From Vicugna vicugna (taxonomy: Eukaryota), in contig MU058844.1 in the NCBI GenBank assembly GCA_013265495.1, forward strand, positions 4,827,535-4,891,534: 64,000 nt of DNA, given 5' to 3'. Below the pieces are notes generated by a model. The model ran no database searches. It worked only from the letters and a program-made list of their open reading frames with translations, and had not been told where the DNA came from. The number at the start of each line of letters is the position of its first letter. Position 1 is the stretch's first letter. Below, one piece after another: positions 25,300 through 37,926 of this stretch. The position numbers and the translations under genes were made by a program.

Positions 25300-27660
25300 T
25301 CTGTTCTTCTCCTTTTGGAGTTAGGTAGAATACATTAATATTTAAATGAAGAACAAATGCAAGAGAATATCTAGGAAACAATGAAAATGAGATTAGTAGG
25401 CAGAGTTCTTGGCCTGTTGTTAGAATGTACCCTAACATCAAGGCCATTCTGTCAGTACGATTTTGGTATAGGGTTAAAACGAGAATGGATCAAGATCACA
25501 GAAGAAAGGATTCAGAATTGGAAACAATTATGCATTTGACATGACTACTGACTGACTCAATTAGATGCTCCTTTACTTGGAAGTGATGAAAATACTCACA
25601 AGACACACTACATTCCCAATTTACGTGGCCATATCACGGATACAACAGTCAATGGAGCTCCTGGTGAATCAGCACCTTTAGCAGTTTATCTGACTCAACT
25701 GACTGGTCATTCCACTCCAAGGAGCAAAGATTTACACTCTCTATATGAAAAAAATATAAATATTTCACAATACATTTCTTGAAGACAGTTATAATTTAAA
25801 ATATATCCAAGTAAACTGAAATGGAGATAATAATTCTGTAGTTTTTTAAAAAAATGCAACATCTTGGAATTATTTATTTTCATGTCATTTTACAATTTTA
25901 TTGGAATAATTATATACACAAAATGCCAACAGAAAGTATTGGTTGCACGAAATATGTTGGAAGTTTGCATAGACCAATTCAACTCAGGGGAGCTGCCAAC
26001 TCCATCCTTACTGATCTTTTATTCGTACTTATTACATAGAAAACTTACTAACTTGATTCCCTCTAAATGCAGCTATAGGCCGTTAATGGATCATTTCACT
26101 ATTGACAATTATGATAACCAGATACAACCTGAATATTTCATATTGATTTAATTTAGCACATACCAGGCAAATCCAGAATCATACCTCCAGACATCCCTGG
26201 GCCTAGGAAGGGTTTCTCAGTCTTACCACTATTGACATGTTAGGCTGGGTAATTCTTTGTAGAGGGGATTGAAGGCAGGAATGTCCTTTGCTTTGTGAGA
26301 TACTCAGCAGTATTTGAGGCTCTACCCTTCAGGTTGTGGCAACCGTAAGAGTCCCCAGAATGTAAAATCACCCCTATTTGGGAACTACTGATTTGGCATG
26401 AGAGTTCTATTAACACTTTACCCTTACATTTTACAGTTGAAGTTAATATTTGACAAAGATAATAGTTTAATTCACTAGGAAAGAATGAATTGCTTAATAA
26501 ATTGTGCTGACACAACAGGCTATCTTTATGGGAAAAATAAAAGTGGGCTTATTCACCACATAAAATGATAAAATGTAGATGAACCACATAATCAAATATT
26601 AAGCCTAAAATAATTAAAATACTGAAAGAAATACAAGCAATAATATGCAAAATATAAATACAGGAGGAAACTTTCTAATTAAGCCTGGAAATTCAGATGC
26701 CATTACAAGAAAAGATAGACTATTGAGTGTATTACAACTTTAAATTCCAGCATGCCAAAAAACACAATGCACAAATTCTATATACAAGTGAAACTATGGA
26801 TAAAATGTTAGCAATGTAGGTAATAGTCAAACGGTTAATGTATATAATATACACAGAGCTCTTGCAAATTGACAGGAAAAATGCAACTATAGTAAAAGAG
26901 CAAATAAGAATAAGCTTTTTGGAACAAATCCAAAAAGCCAACAAGCTTATACATAGATACCTGACTTCAGCAGTGATTAAATAAATGCAAACTAAAGTTG
27001 TAAAAAGTAATCCTTGTACTTTTCAGATTCTTAAAAAGTAAAACAGTAATAAAACATATTACTTCTACTTCATAGGATCATATTTTATGATGTTGGAATT
27101 ATAAAGCTTTTCTTTAACATGGCATTAAAAATGTAAATCATACTGTGTAACTTAGTGATTTTACTACACTAAATTTGAAAAGTATATAAAACAAATACAA
27201 CATAAAGTTACAATAAGGTAGAAACTGAAAAAAGATATATATAGCACAGGTAATAATAACTAAGAAAAAAGGCTGGTGTTCTGAATTCTGCAGTGCAGGA
27301 CAGGGAAAAGTTACAAATCCAATAAAAAAGTCTGTGGACATGATAGGAATGGGTAATACACAGAAAAGGAAGCTTTAATGGCCAATAACAATTACAGACA
27401 CACTTGCATTTTACTAATAATTGCCTTAGAGAATCATTTTCACATAGGTAAAAAATTATATAGGCACAAAGGGTGTTCATAAATAGTACTCCTTATAATA
27501 GAGAACATAGGAAAATAATCTCATTATTTATCTCCAGTAGAATGCACAAAATTTAGTTCTATCCTATAGTGGATTATTGTTTATCTATGATATATATGAA
27601 TCGTATGTCAAGAAGGATAAATTTCAAAAAAATTAAATATTGAGTTTAAAAAGTAGCTAT
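25300..27660 (+). mobile_element. Old L1ME-type ORF2/3' region, interrupted by an unidentified insert (about 25540-26200) and MER20
   Basis: Collinear decayed ORF2 landmarks at 25330-25535 resume at 26441 (GTTAATATTTGACAAAG...AATAAATTGTGCTG). A probable upstream piece lies at 22830-23020. Confidence 0.6.
26209..26390 (-). mobile_element. MER20 hAT MITE
   Basis: AGGGTTTCTCAGTCTTACCACTATTGACATGTTAGGCTGGGTAATTCTTTG...AAATCACCCCTATTTGGGAACTACTG is the reverse complement of the 54911 copy. Confidence 0.85.
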
Positions 27661-30600
27661 TTATATAGTAACACCATAATAGATTTTTAACTTCTTTCAG
27701 AGGAACCCAGAAAAAGGAACACAGCATAATCCCAAAGCTATATTCACTCATTCATCCGTTTACATTATCATACAGGCAAGACAGTTTTAGTGAGTGCCTA
27801 ACAATGTGTCAGTCACTATTGTACAAGATGAGGCTATATCTGTGGGGGGGGGAAAGACAGAATTTACCTTCTGCTGTATCTGTTAAACTGTGTTTGTGTG
27901 TCTGAAGAGATATTTACCAAATTTGTATCTTAGTAGTTGGTACCTGTGTGTTTTATCTTTCTATGGAAGGCACTGCAACAAAGGGAACATCATCTTATGA
28001 AACTGGCCCATTTAATCGTCAACAGTTTTATGAATCAAATGTTAACCTCACTTTGCAAATGGGGCACTAAAGCTTTCAGAAAGTTTGCAGCTTTCACACA
28101 GCTAACAAGCAGTGGAGTTAGATCTGAACTTAGAGAATCTGATGCCAAAGTGTGAGTGTGTAACTTCATGTGATAGGACAGGAAAGGAAGGGAAGTGGGG
28201 CTGCAGTCCTGTGACCTGCTCTCCACGCCTTGGAGATGTGAGAGGCAACTCCTGGCTTTGATTAGACCTCATCAACACTGTGTTGTCATTTCCTAGCATA
28301 GGAATAACAAAGGAAGTCATTATCAAAGAATGTTTTTAGCAGGATATAACTGGTCTGTCACCAGTGATTTTGTAAACACACCTGGGACTATGGACTTGTG
28401 GAATGCCATTGGTCAAAGGACAAAAATTAGAGATGTGGACTCTCAATCAGAATGAATAATGAAGTATAAACACAAAGAAGGCCAAATCCGAGAAGCTTTC
28501 TTGTCTCTAAGCCTTGCTGCACGCATCATTAGATCTCATCTGTTACTATGAGATGACAGACATGTCTCTGGGCAGAAAAGGGAATTTTTATTTTGAAGCT
28601 GTGTTTGATGGTTTAGATCCCTTCAAGAAACCAATGCTTTGATCCTTCATCTGTGCCTGCTGTTTGTGTCCTCGTTTAATCATTAGTGAATTTTTGTACT
28701 GGTTAAGATCATGATTGTGTGAGTTGCTTTGACCAGTCAGTACATTTCTGCGTGCAGCTTCCTGGCATAAGTCAGAAAGGGGAAAAGGCCTATCATTCAG
28801 TTCAGACAGCATTTCTGATTACTTTGCTACTTATGAGACTTAAGTCCAAAAGTTACAAGCCTCCAGTGATCTGGTTTATACAGAAAAAAGCCTATCAAAG
28901 CAAGTGATTACACTTAAAAGTGGTTAAACTGGTAAATTTTATGTTACATGTATTTTACCACACTTAAAAAACAAAAGCAAAGGGTTGTAGCATAGATGAT
29001 AGTCCTTTCTGGCTGTGTGTGTGTGTGTGTGCGTGCACTCATGTGGCCTCTTAATGTATGTGTTCACACTCATGACTGTTGATGCTAGAACTAGGCTTCT
29101 TGGTGGATACTGTCTTCTTTTTTATCTAGAAGCTAAAACAACAGGAGCCTTCAGTCTGTTTACCCTTCACTGGAAGTAAGCTCACACACTCTCCTATTCT
29201 GTTTCTTAACACTTACACAAATGTCTATCACATCTTTAAGTTGCAATAAGAAAAAAAAAAAGGAAAGCAATTTTGCATTTTGCAAATTTTTTTTTTCTGC
29301 AGTTTGTCTCTTGCTTATCTGAAAGACCTTGGACATACACTTTCCAGACAGCTAAATAATTATTTTTTCTCTATCCCACAGAGTTAAAGACCCCGAAACA
29401 CTTTTTGGGTGACAGATCTTTAAACTGAATTCAGAAACTTGATTACCAGGTTAGGGTTTTTGTAACTGAGAACATGGGGACTTGTCTTTAGACCAATGTG
29501 TGCATGTAGACAACAGGCCTTATTTTTCTTTTGCTGAGGTGAGAATGATAATTATATTTTAGATGAATACTGGGAATAGGAGTAATGGTGAAATGTGGAA
29601 ATAAGGAAATAAGGAATCTTCAATTCTGAAAATAAAGGAGAGAGGAGACCTAGACAACAGAGAGCTAGGCTTGAATCAAAAACTTACTCAATTAGCTAGA
29701 CCAAATAAATAGTGTGCATGTAAGAACTGTGTGACTGTAATCCACCTGATCTTTATAGACTTTACTGTTGGTGATCCAAGTAGGAAAGTGTTGATTTTCC
29801 ACAGGAGAGGACACAACCAAATTATAATACACATAGAACTACTAGAGTGAACTAATATGCATGATACATTTAAAAATGTAATTATCTCCGATGTAATTAT
29901 CTAGATCTTAGATTTAATTCCCTTTTACAATGTAAATGGAAAGTAAAAATCTGGTCATATATATATATTTTTAAATCAGGGCATTTTCATTATTAAATTC
30001 TTGACATAAGATAAAGCTTTCTATAGCTTTTACATATCGAGGTTCAAGATGATATCATGTAAAACATTTATAATATTCTCAGTAATATTTTGCCTCTCTC
30101 AATGTTCACAACTACTTTCAGACCACAGTGGGAGGTCCCGAAAGGCTTGTATTACAATTTACATGTTCAGTTCACTGTACTTAAACTCCTCTGTGACTGG
30201 ATTACATGCACCTGTATTACCTGTTGGTGAATGGCTGCACGTCTGATGATGGTTGTGGCTGGGATGTATTGTAGCATTGCTGGGATAGGGCTCCTCTTAC
30301 ACGTGAAGCATTTCTGTTGCTCTAACACTGAGCACTGTTGCAACACAGACTATTTTCAATCTGTACTCTGGGGTAACAATAGTTTCTTGAACACTTTTCT
30401 AAAGATATTATCTGGTAAGAGAAATATTGTAAAGCCAAAAATATCAGGGGTTATAAAGCAAGAAGATTAGTATGTAATTCAGTTAAAAAGTCAATCAGCC
30501 ATAAGTCATAAATCCCTAAGAAAACAGGCTTTAATTAGTTTGGGTGCACGCCTCATGAAACAACTTGTCAGGGAACTTAATTAATTTCATTTAAAAAAAC

Positions 30601-31626
30601 AAAAACAAAAAAATAAAGTTTAGATTAGAGACAATAAAAAATCCCAGTGGCATTATGCCATTAATAGTCATTTTGTTGATATGTGTGACCCAGAATATTA
30701 TATTTTAGGATAATGCATTACTAACCCATAGTTAATACTGAAGAATCTTTTTGTCTTTCTTGTATGCAGCCATCTTGCTTCACGCTATGCAATTTTAACT
30801 CAGTGAGAGTAAAATTCTCCTTTGGAAATTATTCTTTCAAGTACGGTTGATAATTTAAGGGCATAAACTGCCATTTAACCAAGCTTTTTTGAGGGAGCAT
30901 ATAATTTCGGAGGATGTTTCTCTTACTAAATTGAAGCTAGGCTAAAATTCTCTTCTAGAATTCTGTCCATATTGATTATTTTTGTGCTAATGTGTCACTG
31001 CACTTCATAGTATATTTCACAATAGATTTTAATTATAGTAAAATAAAAATTGGTTAAAAAGAAAAGACATATGAATATAATTTTAAACATTCATGAAAAG
31101 TTTCCTCACATACCATTTTCTTTTGAATGGGTCAAGTTAAATGATCATGATTTTGACATCTGTTATTTTAGTAACTTTCATTCAATAATTAAAACTTAAT
31201 TTAAACATTATTTATTTTTCTTCTGACTAACCATTGAAATATGAGACGAAGGTGTATTTATCACATTTTACAAGTGCTAATGAAACCAGAAATCTAAAAG
31301 TCTGGGGCAAACTAAACAGCACCCTAGAAATAGAAGTTTTCATGAAATGATTTCTATTTCTTTTGGGGAGGGAATATTACCTTTGTATTTAACTTTAGCC
31401 AATTATAAATTGCATTCCACACTTAAATTCTCATATTTCTCACCAATATTTAGAAACCTAATCATCACAGGTCCAAAGAATAAGCAAAGTTTGAGATCAT
31501 TTAAATTAAGAAAAATTATTAACAGAATCAATTGTGTAACTCAGCATAGTTATACAGGCACAGACACATGGATTTGGAAGCTAACCATGGTGAAGAAGAA
31601 TAATTGGCAGAACACTTGGGGGAAAA

Positions 31627-31980
31627 TTATATATGTATGTATGTATTTATTTAACTGAAGTATAGTCAGTTACATTGTATCAATTTCTGGTGTACAGCAC
31701 AATGTCCCACTCATGCAAATACATACATATATTCATTTTCATATTCTTTTTCATTAAAGGTTATTACAAGATATTGAATATATTTCCAAGCGCTATACAG
31801 AAGAAAAGTTTTTAATCGATTTTTATGTATAGTGGCTGATATCACTCATATGTGGAGTCTGAAAAAGAAAAAAGAAGACACTAATGAATTCACCTACAAA
31901 ACAGAAACAGACTCACAGACTTAGTGAACAGTCTTATGGTTACTAGTGGAAAAGGGGGTGGGAAGGGATAAATTTGGGGA
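31627..31980 (-). mobile_element. Short lineage-specific L1 3' end with 5' inversion
   Basis: 31627-31835 is an antisense L1 3' terminus. 31838-31980 is the upstream part of the same 3' UTR in sense orientation (TATCACTCATATGTGGAGTCT...ACAGAAACAGACTCACAGAC). Confidence 0.85.
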
Positions 31981-32289
31981 AAAGGATTTAAAATCAGTAA
32001 AAGATATATATATATAAAGGCATATTTTCTTTTTTAGTATTACTTAATAATTACTAGGTTAAACATATGAATTTGCTTTTTTTCTGCAAATCAAAAACTC
32101 TTGAATATTGGAAATTTCTAGTAGTTTAACTTAAGAATTAGGTACCCTAGTTTATTTATTTTGTCAGGAGACAGTCTCCCCTTTAGCAATCAAATATTTA
32201 TCCACTTGAAATTACCGCTTTTCAGCTGAAATTAGAAAGTACTTAATCTTTAGAATTTTTCTTAATTGAAAAGAGGGAGAAATATATTC

Positions 32290-32885
32290 TCAACATGACA
32301 GCCAGGATGACTCACTTGAAATATGTCAGATCATGTTACTGCTCTATTCAAACCCTCCCTTAGCTGGCCATTTTATTCAGATTTAAAGTTTAACTTCTTA
32401 AAATGTTCTAGAAGGCCCTTCATGACTTGCCCCCTGCACTTTTTGACTTTTTGACTTCCTCTGCTACCACTCTCTCACATTGCTCTCCCATGTTGACATT
32501 CTTGCTATTTCTTGAAAATACCAGACCTCTCACTTCACTCAGGGATATTTCACTGTCTGTTTACCCTGCCTAGAATGTTGTTTCTTCACATATGAGGATG
32601 GATTACATCCTTAGTTCTTCCAGGACTCTGCTCACTGTGAGGATGAGTATTTCTCTCAACATCTGATATTAAGTAGCATACTCACAAACATGGAATTTGT
32701 TATTCCCCTGTTTACTCTATTATACTCATCTCTATCTAATATAATACATATTTGCTCATTTATTTGCAATTTGGATGGCTGTCTTCACTTACGAGAATTA
32801 AGCTCTATGAAGGCAAAGACTTTGTCTTATCTCCTGCTATGTTCTAAGATCCTAGCATATAGTTGATGCTCAATAAATAAATGAA
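32290..32885 (+). mobile_element. L2 3' fragment
   Basis: TCAGATCATGTTACTGCTCT...AAGCTCTATGAAGGCAAAGACTTTGTCT...GCTCAATAAATAAATGAA. Confidence 0.8.
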
Positions 32886-33309
32886 AAAGTGACTACTTTG
32901 ATGAAAAGTCTCCTCTCCAGGGGAGGTGCTAGAGATGAGTCTTGAACTTTGTGACGAAGATCTAAGAATCTAGATTTAAAGGCTTTTCTCTAAAGCCTTT
33001 CCATTTTGAATTTTTTTCCAAAAATTTGCCTTACAAATAAGTTACTTTCAGTGAAAGGAGAAACAGATTTTGAAGAAATTGATATTAAGAATTTGTGTCT
33101 TTAAATTCTTAACTGACAATAATATGACCTAGGTTCTTAGAAACATGGGTTTGGAAAATGAACAGTGATGATATTTCTTGAAAGAAAAACATTAAGAATA
33201 TTGTGTTGAGAGGGAAGGACTGGATCCAAAGCATGATCAAGAACATCTAAAGACAGTATTCAGGAATAATTTAAAACTCAAAAGGAAAGCATAGTATCCT
33301 CTCTAGAGA

Positions 33310-33830
33310 TATTTATTCATTCAACTGATATTTCAATGCTTGACACATGTTGGCCACAACTCTAAGTGTTATGCAGTTTTGATAAGCCAAAATTCTTGCT
33401 CAAAGGGCTAGTTGAAACAGAAAAGTAAACTAGTTAATAAGTGAAAAAATAATTTTAGATGGTAATATGGCAAAATAAAGGATATTAACTAGACTTTAAT
33501 GGGATGGATTAATTAGAGTGGATAGATTCCCAAATAGTAGAAATAAACAATCATGAGAAGAGCTGGGGGAATGTTTGCCAGGAAGAAGAAATGAGATATG
33601 CAAACGCATTAAGCCTGGAAAGACCTTGGTGTGTACAGAAACAAAGTGGAGATAGACAGGGTTGAATACAGAGCACTGGAGGAGTAAATGGGAAATGGGT
33701 AATGGAGAGGAGATTGAATAGACAAGCAAGCTGTGGCCTCTCTAAGGCCTTGCTGATCATGGGAAGAAGGTGCCACAGATGCATGGCATGATTTGTGTTT
33801 AAAATGGCTTCCCAAGTGGGGTTGTAACAT
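33310..33830 (-). mobile_element. L2 fragment
   Basis: Antisense L2 tail (ATTTATTCATTCAAC) followed by decayed L2 body (GCATGGCATGATTTG...TTTAAAATGGCT). Confidence 0.65.
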
Positions 33831-34269
33831 TTTAGCCACATTTCTATAAGTAATTTTTGAATAATAAAACATTTTACATATATTAATATTTCAGATGATA
33901 CTTTTAGAATGGAAATTTGTATTCCTAAATACTGGATGCAATTTTACATTATGCTATCATAATTTACTTTATGTGGTTTTTCATTGTAATTTTTGAATTG
34001 CCTGTTTTTACCCTTCAAAACTCTCTGCCTTCATCTGTGTATCTCTTTACTTTCCCTGACTCAATTATTCTGGTTATTTGAGAATTGGCTAACATGAAAA
34101 ATAAAATAGTCGTAACTGGAAAGCTTTAATTCTGTTTAGACTAGATTACTAGAAAACTGAGAATTTCTCCAACATCACTACCAATCTCATATTCTCTAAT
34201 TCAAAACATATAAAGGTATTTTTTTTCCCCTGACTTACCTAATTTATCTATTTCTTCCATCATACTGTA

Positions 34270-34776
34270 TGTGCCAGTTTCCTGTAGCTGCTGTAAAAAA
34301 TGATCACAGATTCGGTGTCTTAAAACAACAGAAATTAATTTACTCACAGTTCTAAAGTCCAGACATCCATAATTTATCACTGGTCTGGAACCATCGTGTC
34401 AGCAGGGACACATTCTCTCCAAACCCTATAGGGGAGAATATAACCCTGCCACTTTCAAATTCTGGTGCCTGACAGAACTCCTTGAATTTTGGCCACATCA
34501 CTCCAGTCATTGAAGACAGTATCATCAAATCTCTCTCTGCTTCATTTTCATATTACCTTCTACTCTGCATGTATTAAATATTCCTTTGTGTCTCATAAAG
34601 ATATATGTGATTGCATTTAGGGGCCAACCAGAAAATCTAGGATAATCTCCTCACCTCATAATGTTTAATTTAATTACATCTGCAAAGTCCTTTTTTACCA
34701 TATGAGGTTAACATCCACAGGTTCCAGGCATTAAGATATGAGTATCTTTGGGAGGTCATTTTTTTAGCTTACCAGA
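34270..34776 (-). mobile_element. MLT1 (MLT1C/D-like) solo LTR
   Basis: TGTGCCAGTTTCCTGTAGCTGCTGTAAAAAATGATCACAGA...CTTAAAACAACAGAAATT...TAATTACATCTGCAAAG, with near-TSD CTGTA/CTGTG. Confidence 0.9.
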
Positions 34777-35408
34777 CTGTGTCTAGTATGCCAGTATATA
34801 CCTATGCAAATTTTTGTCCCATGAATATTTTTTGTTGGTTTTTGCTTATTTAAAAATATTTTTCTATAATTTTAATATGTCAAACAATTGAAAAAAAGAA
34901 AAGTTTTGAAAGATGAGTGGAGTTTCAAAAGAGTATGATTTCAGTTACATGAGAAAATCTGGGACTGAATGACAATTCATATTGATAAATTTGACACTCT
35001 CATAAGAAATGAATTCTTTTTGTTGGAATTTGATAAAGTGTTTTTTTTTTTTCCTGGCACTTGTGCCCTTGATGTTCCCAAATGTCACCAATTCCTAGTA
35101 TACCCCAACTTCAATATTCTTGCCTGAAAGTTGATTCTGGTATTATTGCTCCTGGCCTTGGGTTGAGAGTTAAAACACAGCAACGACTGCAGAGCTCACA
35201 TACTCTCCACAGCCTTCTACCACTTCTGGTCCCACCCCTCCCTAGTGTGGACCACTGTTAGTGCTGATTCCACTCATCTGTAGCAGTATTTTTCTCTGCA
35301 GATCCTGGGTTGCAATTTCAATTTATTCCTTTGCATAGATATCACTTACTTGTTATTGTTCAGTAAGTCCAAAAGTTAACTTCATTATGAGTCAGGGTTG
35401 CAACTGCA

Positions 35409-35917
35409 TTTTTTTTTTTGCTTTTTTTTTCCCCATTTCGTTAATTTGAAGTATTTACAATGTGTCAATTTCTGGTGTACAGCATAATGTTTCAGTCATA
35501 CATATACATACATATATTCATTTTCATATCCCTTTTCATTAATAGGTTACTATTAGGTATTGAATATTGTTCCCTCTGCTATACACTATAAGTTTGTTGT
35601 TTATCTGCTGTATATATAGTAGTTAGTATCTGAAAATTTCAAACTCCCAATTTATCCCTTCCCACCCCCTCTCCTCCCTGGTAACCATAAGTTTGTTTTC
35701 TATGTTTATGAGTCTGTTTCTGTTTTGTAAATAAGTTCATTTGTGTCTAACTTTTATATTCCACATATAGGTGATATCATATGGTATTTTTCTTTCTCTT
35801 TCTGGCTTACTTCACTTAGAATGACAATCTCCACGTCCATCCATGTAGCTGTAAATGGCTTTATTTTATTCTTTTTATGGCTGAGTAGTATTCCATCATA
35901 TAAATATATCACAGTTT
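35409..35917 (-). mobile_element. Lineage-specific L1 3' end, 5'-truncated
   Basis: Poly-T, then antisense 3' UTR (GGTAACCATAAGTTTGTTTTCTATG, TTCCACATATAGGTGATATCATATGG, CTTCACTTAGAATGAC). Confidence 0.92.
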
Positions 35918-36299
35918 ATATATATATATATATACTTAATTTACTGAATTATAGAATTTACTGAATTTTTTTTGAATTTACTGAATTATAGAAAAAGTTA
36001 ATTTTAAAAATCATCTCACTTAATTTCCTTCATTCAACTTCTGCCACTTTACCTCTTACCAACTTTACTACTTTACCTATATATAAACTATATATATATA
36101 TAGTTTTATTTTTTAACATATAACTTTTCCTGATTTGCTATAGGAAAGGGCATTTTTCCAGCCCATCATCTTTTTCAAAAATGAATCATAGTCTTACCAC
36201 ATACCAAATACAGTGTCACATTACAGGACTTTAACATGATTATACCACTTTTAACTTCACAATGTCATTAATGAAATAGAAAGAGAAGGAGACTAAAAT

Positions 36300-37020
36300 A
36301 TTGAGAGTTATTAAAGAAGAGTTTACACTGGAGGAAACACTTGAGATGGATTTTGAAAAATTAGGAGGAAGAAAATGTGAGAAAAGATTTTACAGGAATA
36401 GCTAAGAGCATGTTTCAAGACCAAAAAATGTGTGAAAGGGCTGTTTCTTCTGTGAAAGGTGAGATGTTTAATGTCATTGGAATGCAGAGTGAGGTAAAGT
36501 GGCAGAAGCTGAAGTGAAGGAAATAAACTAAGATGGTTTTTAAAAGTAACTTTTTCTATAATTCAGTAAATAAGTATTTATCAAATGCATGTTATAAAGC
36601 AGACAGTTCTTTCACACTGCCTGCTGCTCTCACAAATTTACAATGAGTGTTTATTATGTCGAGACCTTTGAAATTTATCATAAAGAAGGAAGAGAATCAA
36701 AATATATTTTAAATTACAGAAATAAAATGATCAGATTTGGTTTTTAGCAAGCTGAATTTAATGGCAGACAGAAAAATGGTTTAAAAATAAGACAGGCTGG
36801 TGGCATAAATAGAGTGCATTCTGACCAGAGCTGATAAAGTTTGAACTAGCACTGGGGATAAATCGTAAAGGTTATTCTCTAGAGATGTATTGAGAAAGAA
36901 TTTCATTTTCATTATCTGCTAAAATGTTCTTGTATGTAAGGATAGGTATAGTATAAGGATTGGACAAATCTAAAGTATCCAACTTGGTTATATGGATGAG
37001 TTGGAGCTTTACTTATCTGG
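36300..37020 (-). mobile_element. L2 fragments
   Basis: Purine-rich decayed antisense L2 (GAGGAAACACTTGAGATGGATTTTGAA; TGATCAGATTTGGTTTTTAGCAAG). Confidence 0.55.
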
Positions 37021-37059
37021 AATATATAATATATTTATTTTAGAGTGAATTTTGGATAC

Positions 37060-37926
37060 TGTGGTAAACAGAATTTTAAGATGGCTTCCAAGATTTCCCA
37101 CTTTTGTTGCACATGCAAGGTTGCTCACAGTCTGCATAATGCTAGAACTTAGAGTAAATGGAAATTAGAAATGCAAAGATTTAATAAACCTAAAAATTGA
37201 TGGCTTAAATTTTCTTTAAAAGAAGATGTAATTTATAGGTCATATGTCCTTATCAAGTAGATGTAGAAGAGAGAGGACTTTTCTGGGAGAGCAGCAAGAG
37301 TATCATAAGAAGTCAGATTTATTCTGGAGCAACTTGAGGAGGTGAGGGTGGGTAGTGATGGGTTCCAAATCTGAGGAGTAAGGTTGCAAGGCACAGTGAA
37401 TATGAAAAGTTTTATTCCTGTAATTAGGTTATAATTTATGGCAGTTTACCTTGACATAGGGGGATTATCCAGGTGGGTCTGACCTAATCACCTGAGTTCA
37501 TTAAAATCAGAGAGCTTTTTCTGGCTGGTCACAGTGGAGGAAGTCAGAGATCTGATGCATGAGAAGAATTCAACGTGCTATTGTTGGTTTGAAGATGGAG
37601 AGGTTATAAGACAAGGCTCTAGGTGACCTCTGGAAGCTAAGAGTGGCTCCTGGGTTCCAACCAGCATGGGCAAGGGGAATTCAGTCCCATAGCTGCAAGG
37701 AACTGAAACTTTCTAACAAGAGTGAGTTTGAAAGCAAATTTCTCCCCAGAGGCTGCAGAGAACCCAGACTGTCCAGCATCTTGATATCAGCCTGTGATAC
37801 TCTTAACAAGAGAACCCAGTTATACCATTCTAGACTTCTGACCAAGGAACTGAGTTAATAAGTCAGTGTGATTTTATGCTGCAAAATTTGTGGCATTTTG
37901 ATACACAACAATAGAAAGCTATCACA
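37060..37926 (+). mobile_element. MLT1E-like solo LTR containing a ~280-bp foreign insert
   Basis: TGTGGTAAACAGAATTTTAAGATGGC start; GGATTATCCAGGTGGGTCTGACCTAATCA; CATAGCTGCAAGGAACTGAA; ACAACAATAGAAAGCTATCACA end. Confidence 0.88.

Noticed and set aside
29381..29449. Plus-strand exon-like segment (CCCACAG|...CAG|GTTAGG)
   Set aside because: Stops in all three frames and no supporting neighbours, so not supportable as coding. A non-coding exon cannot be excluded.
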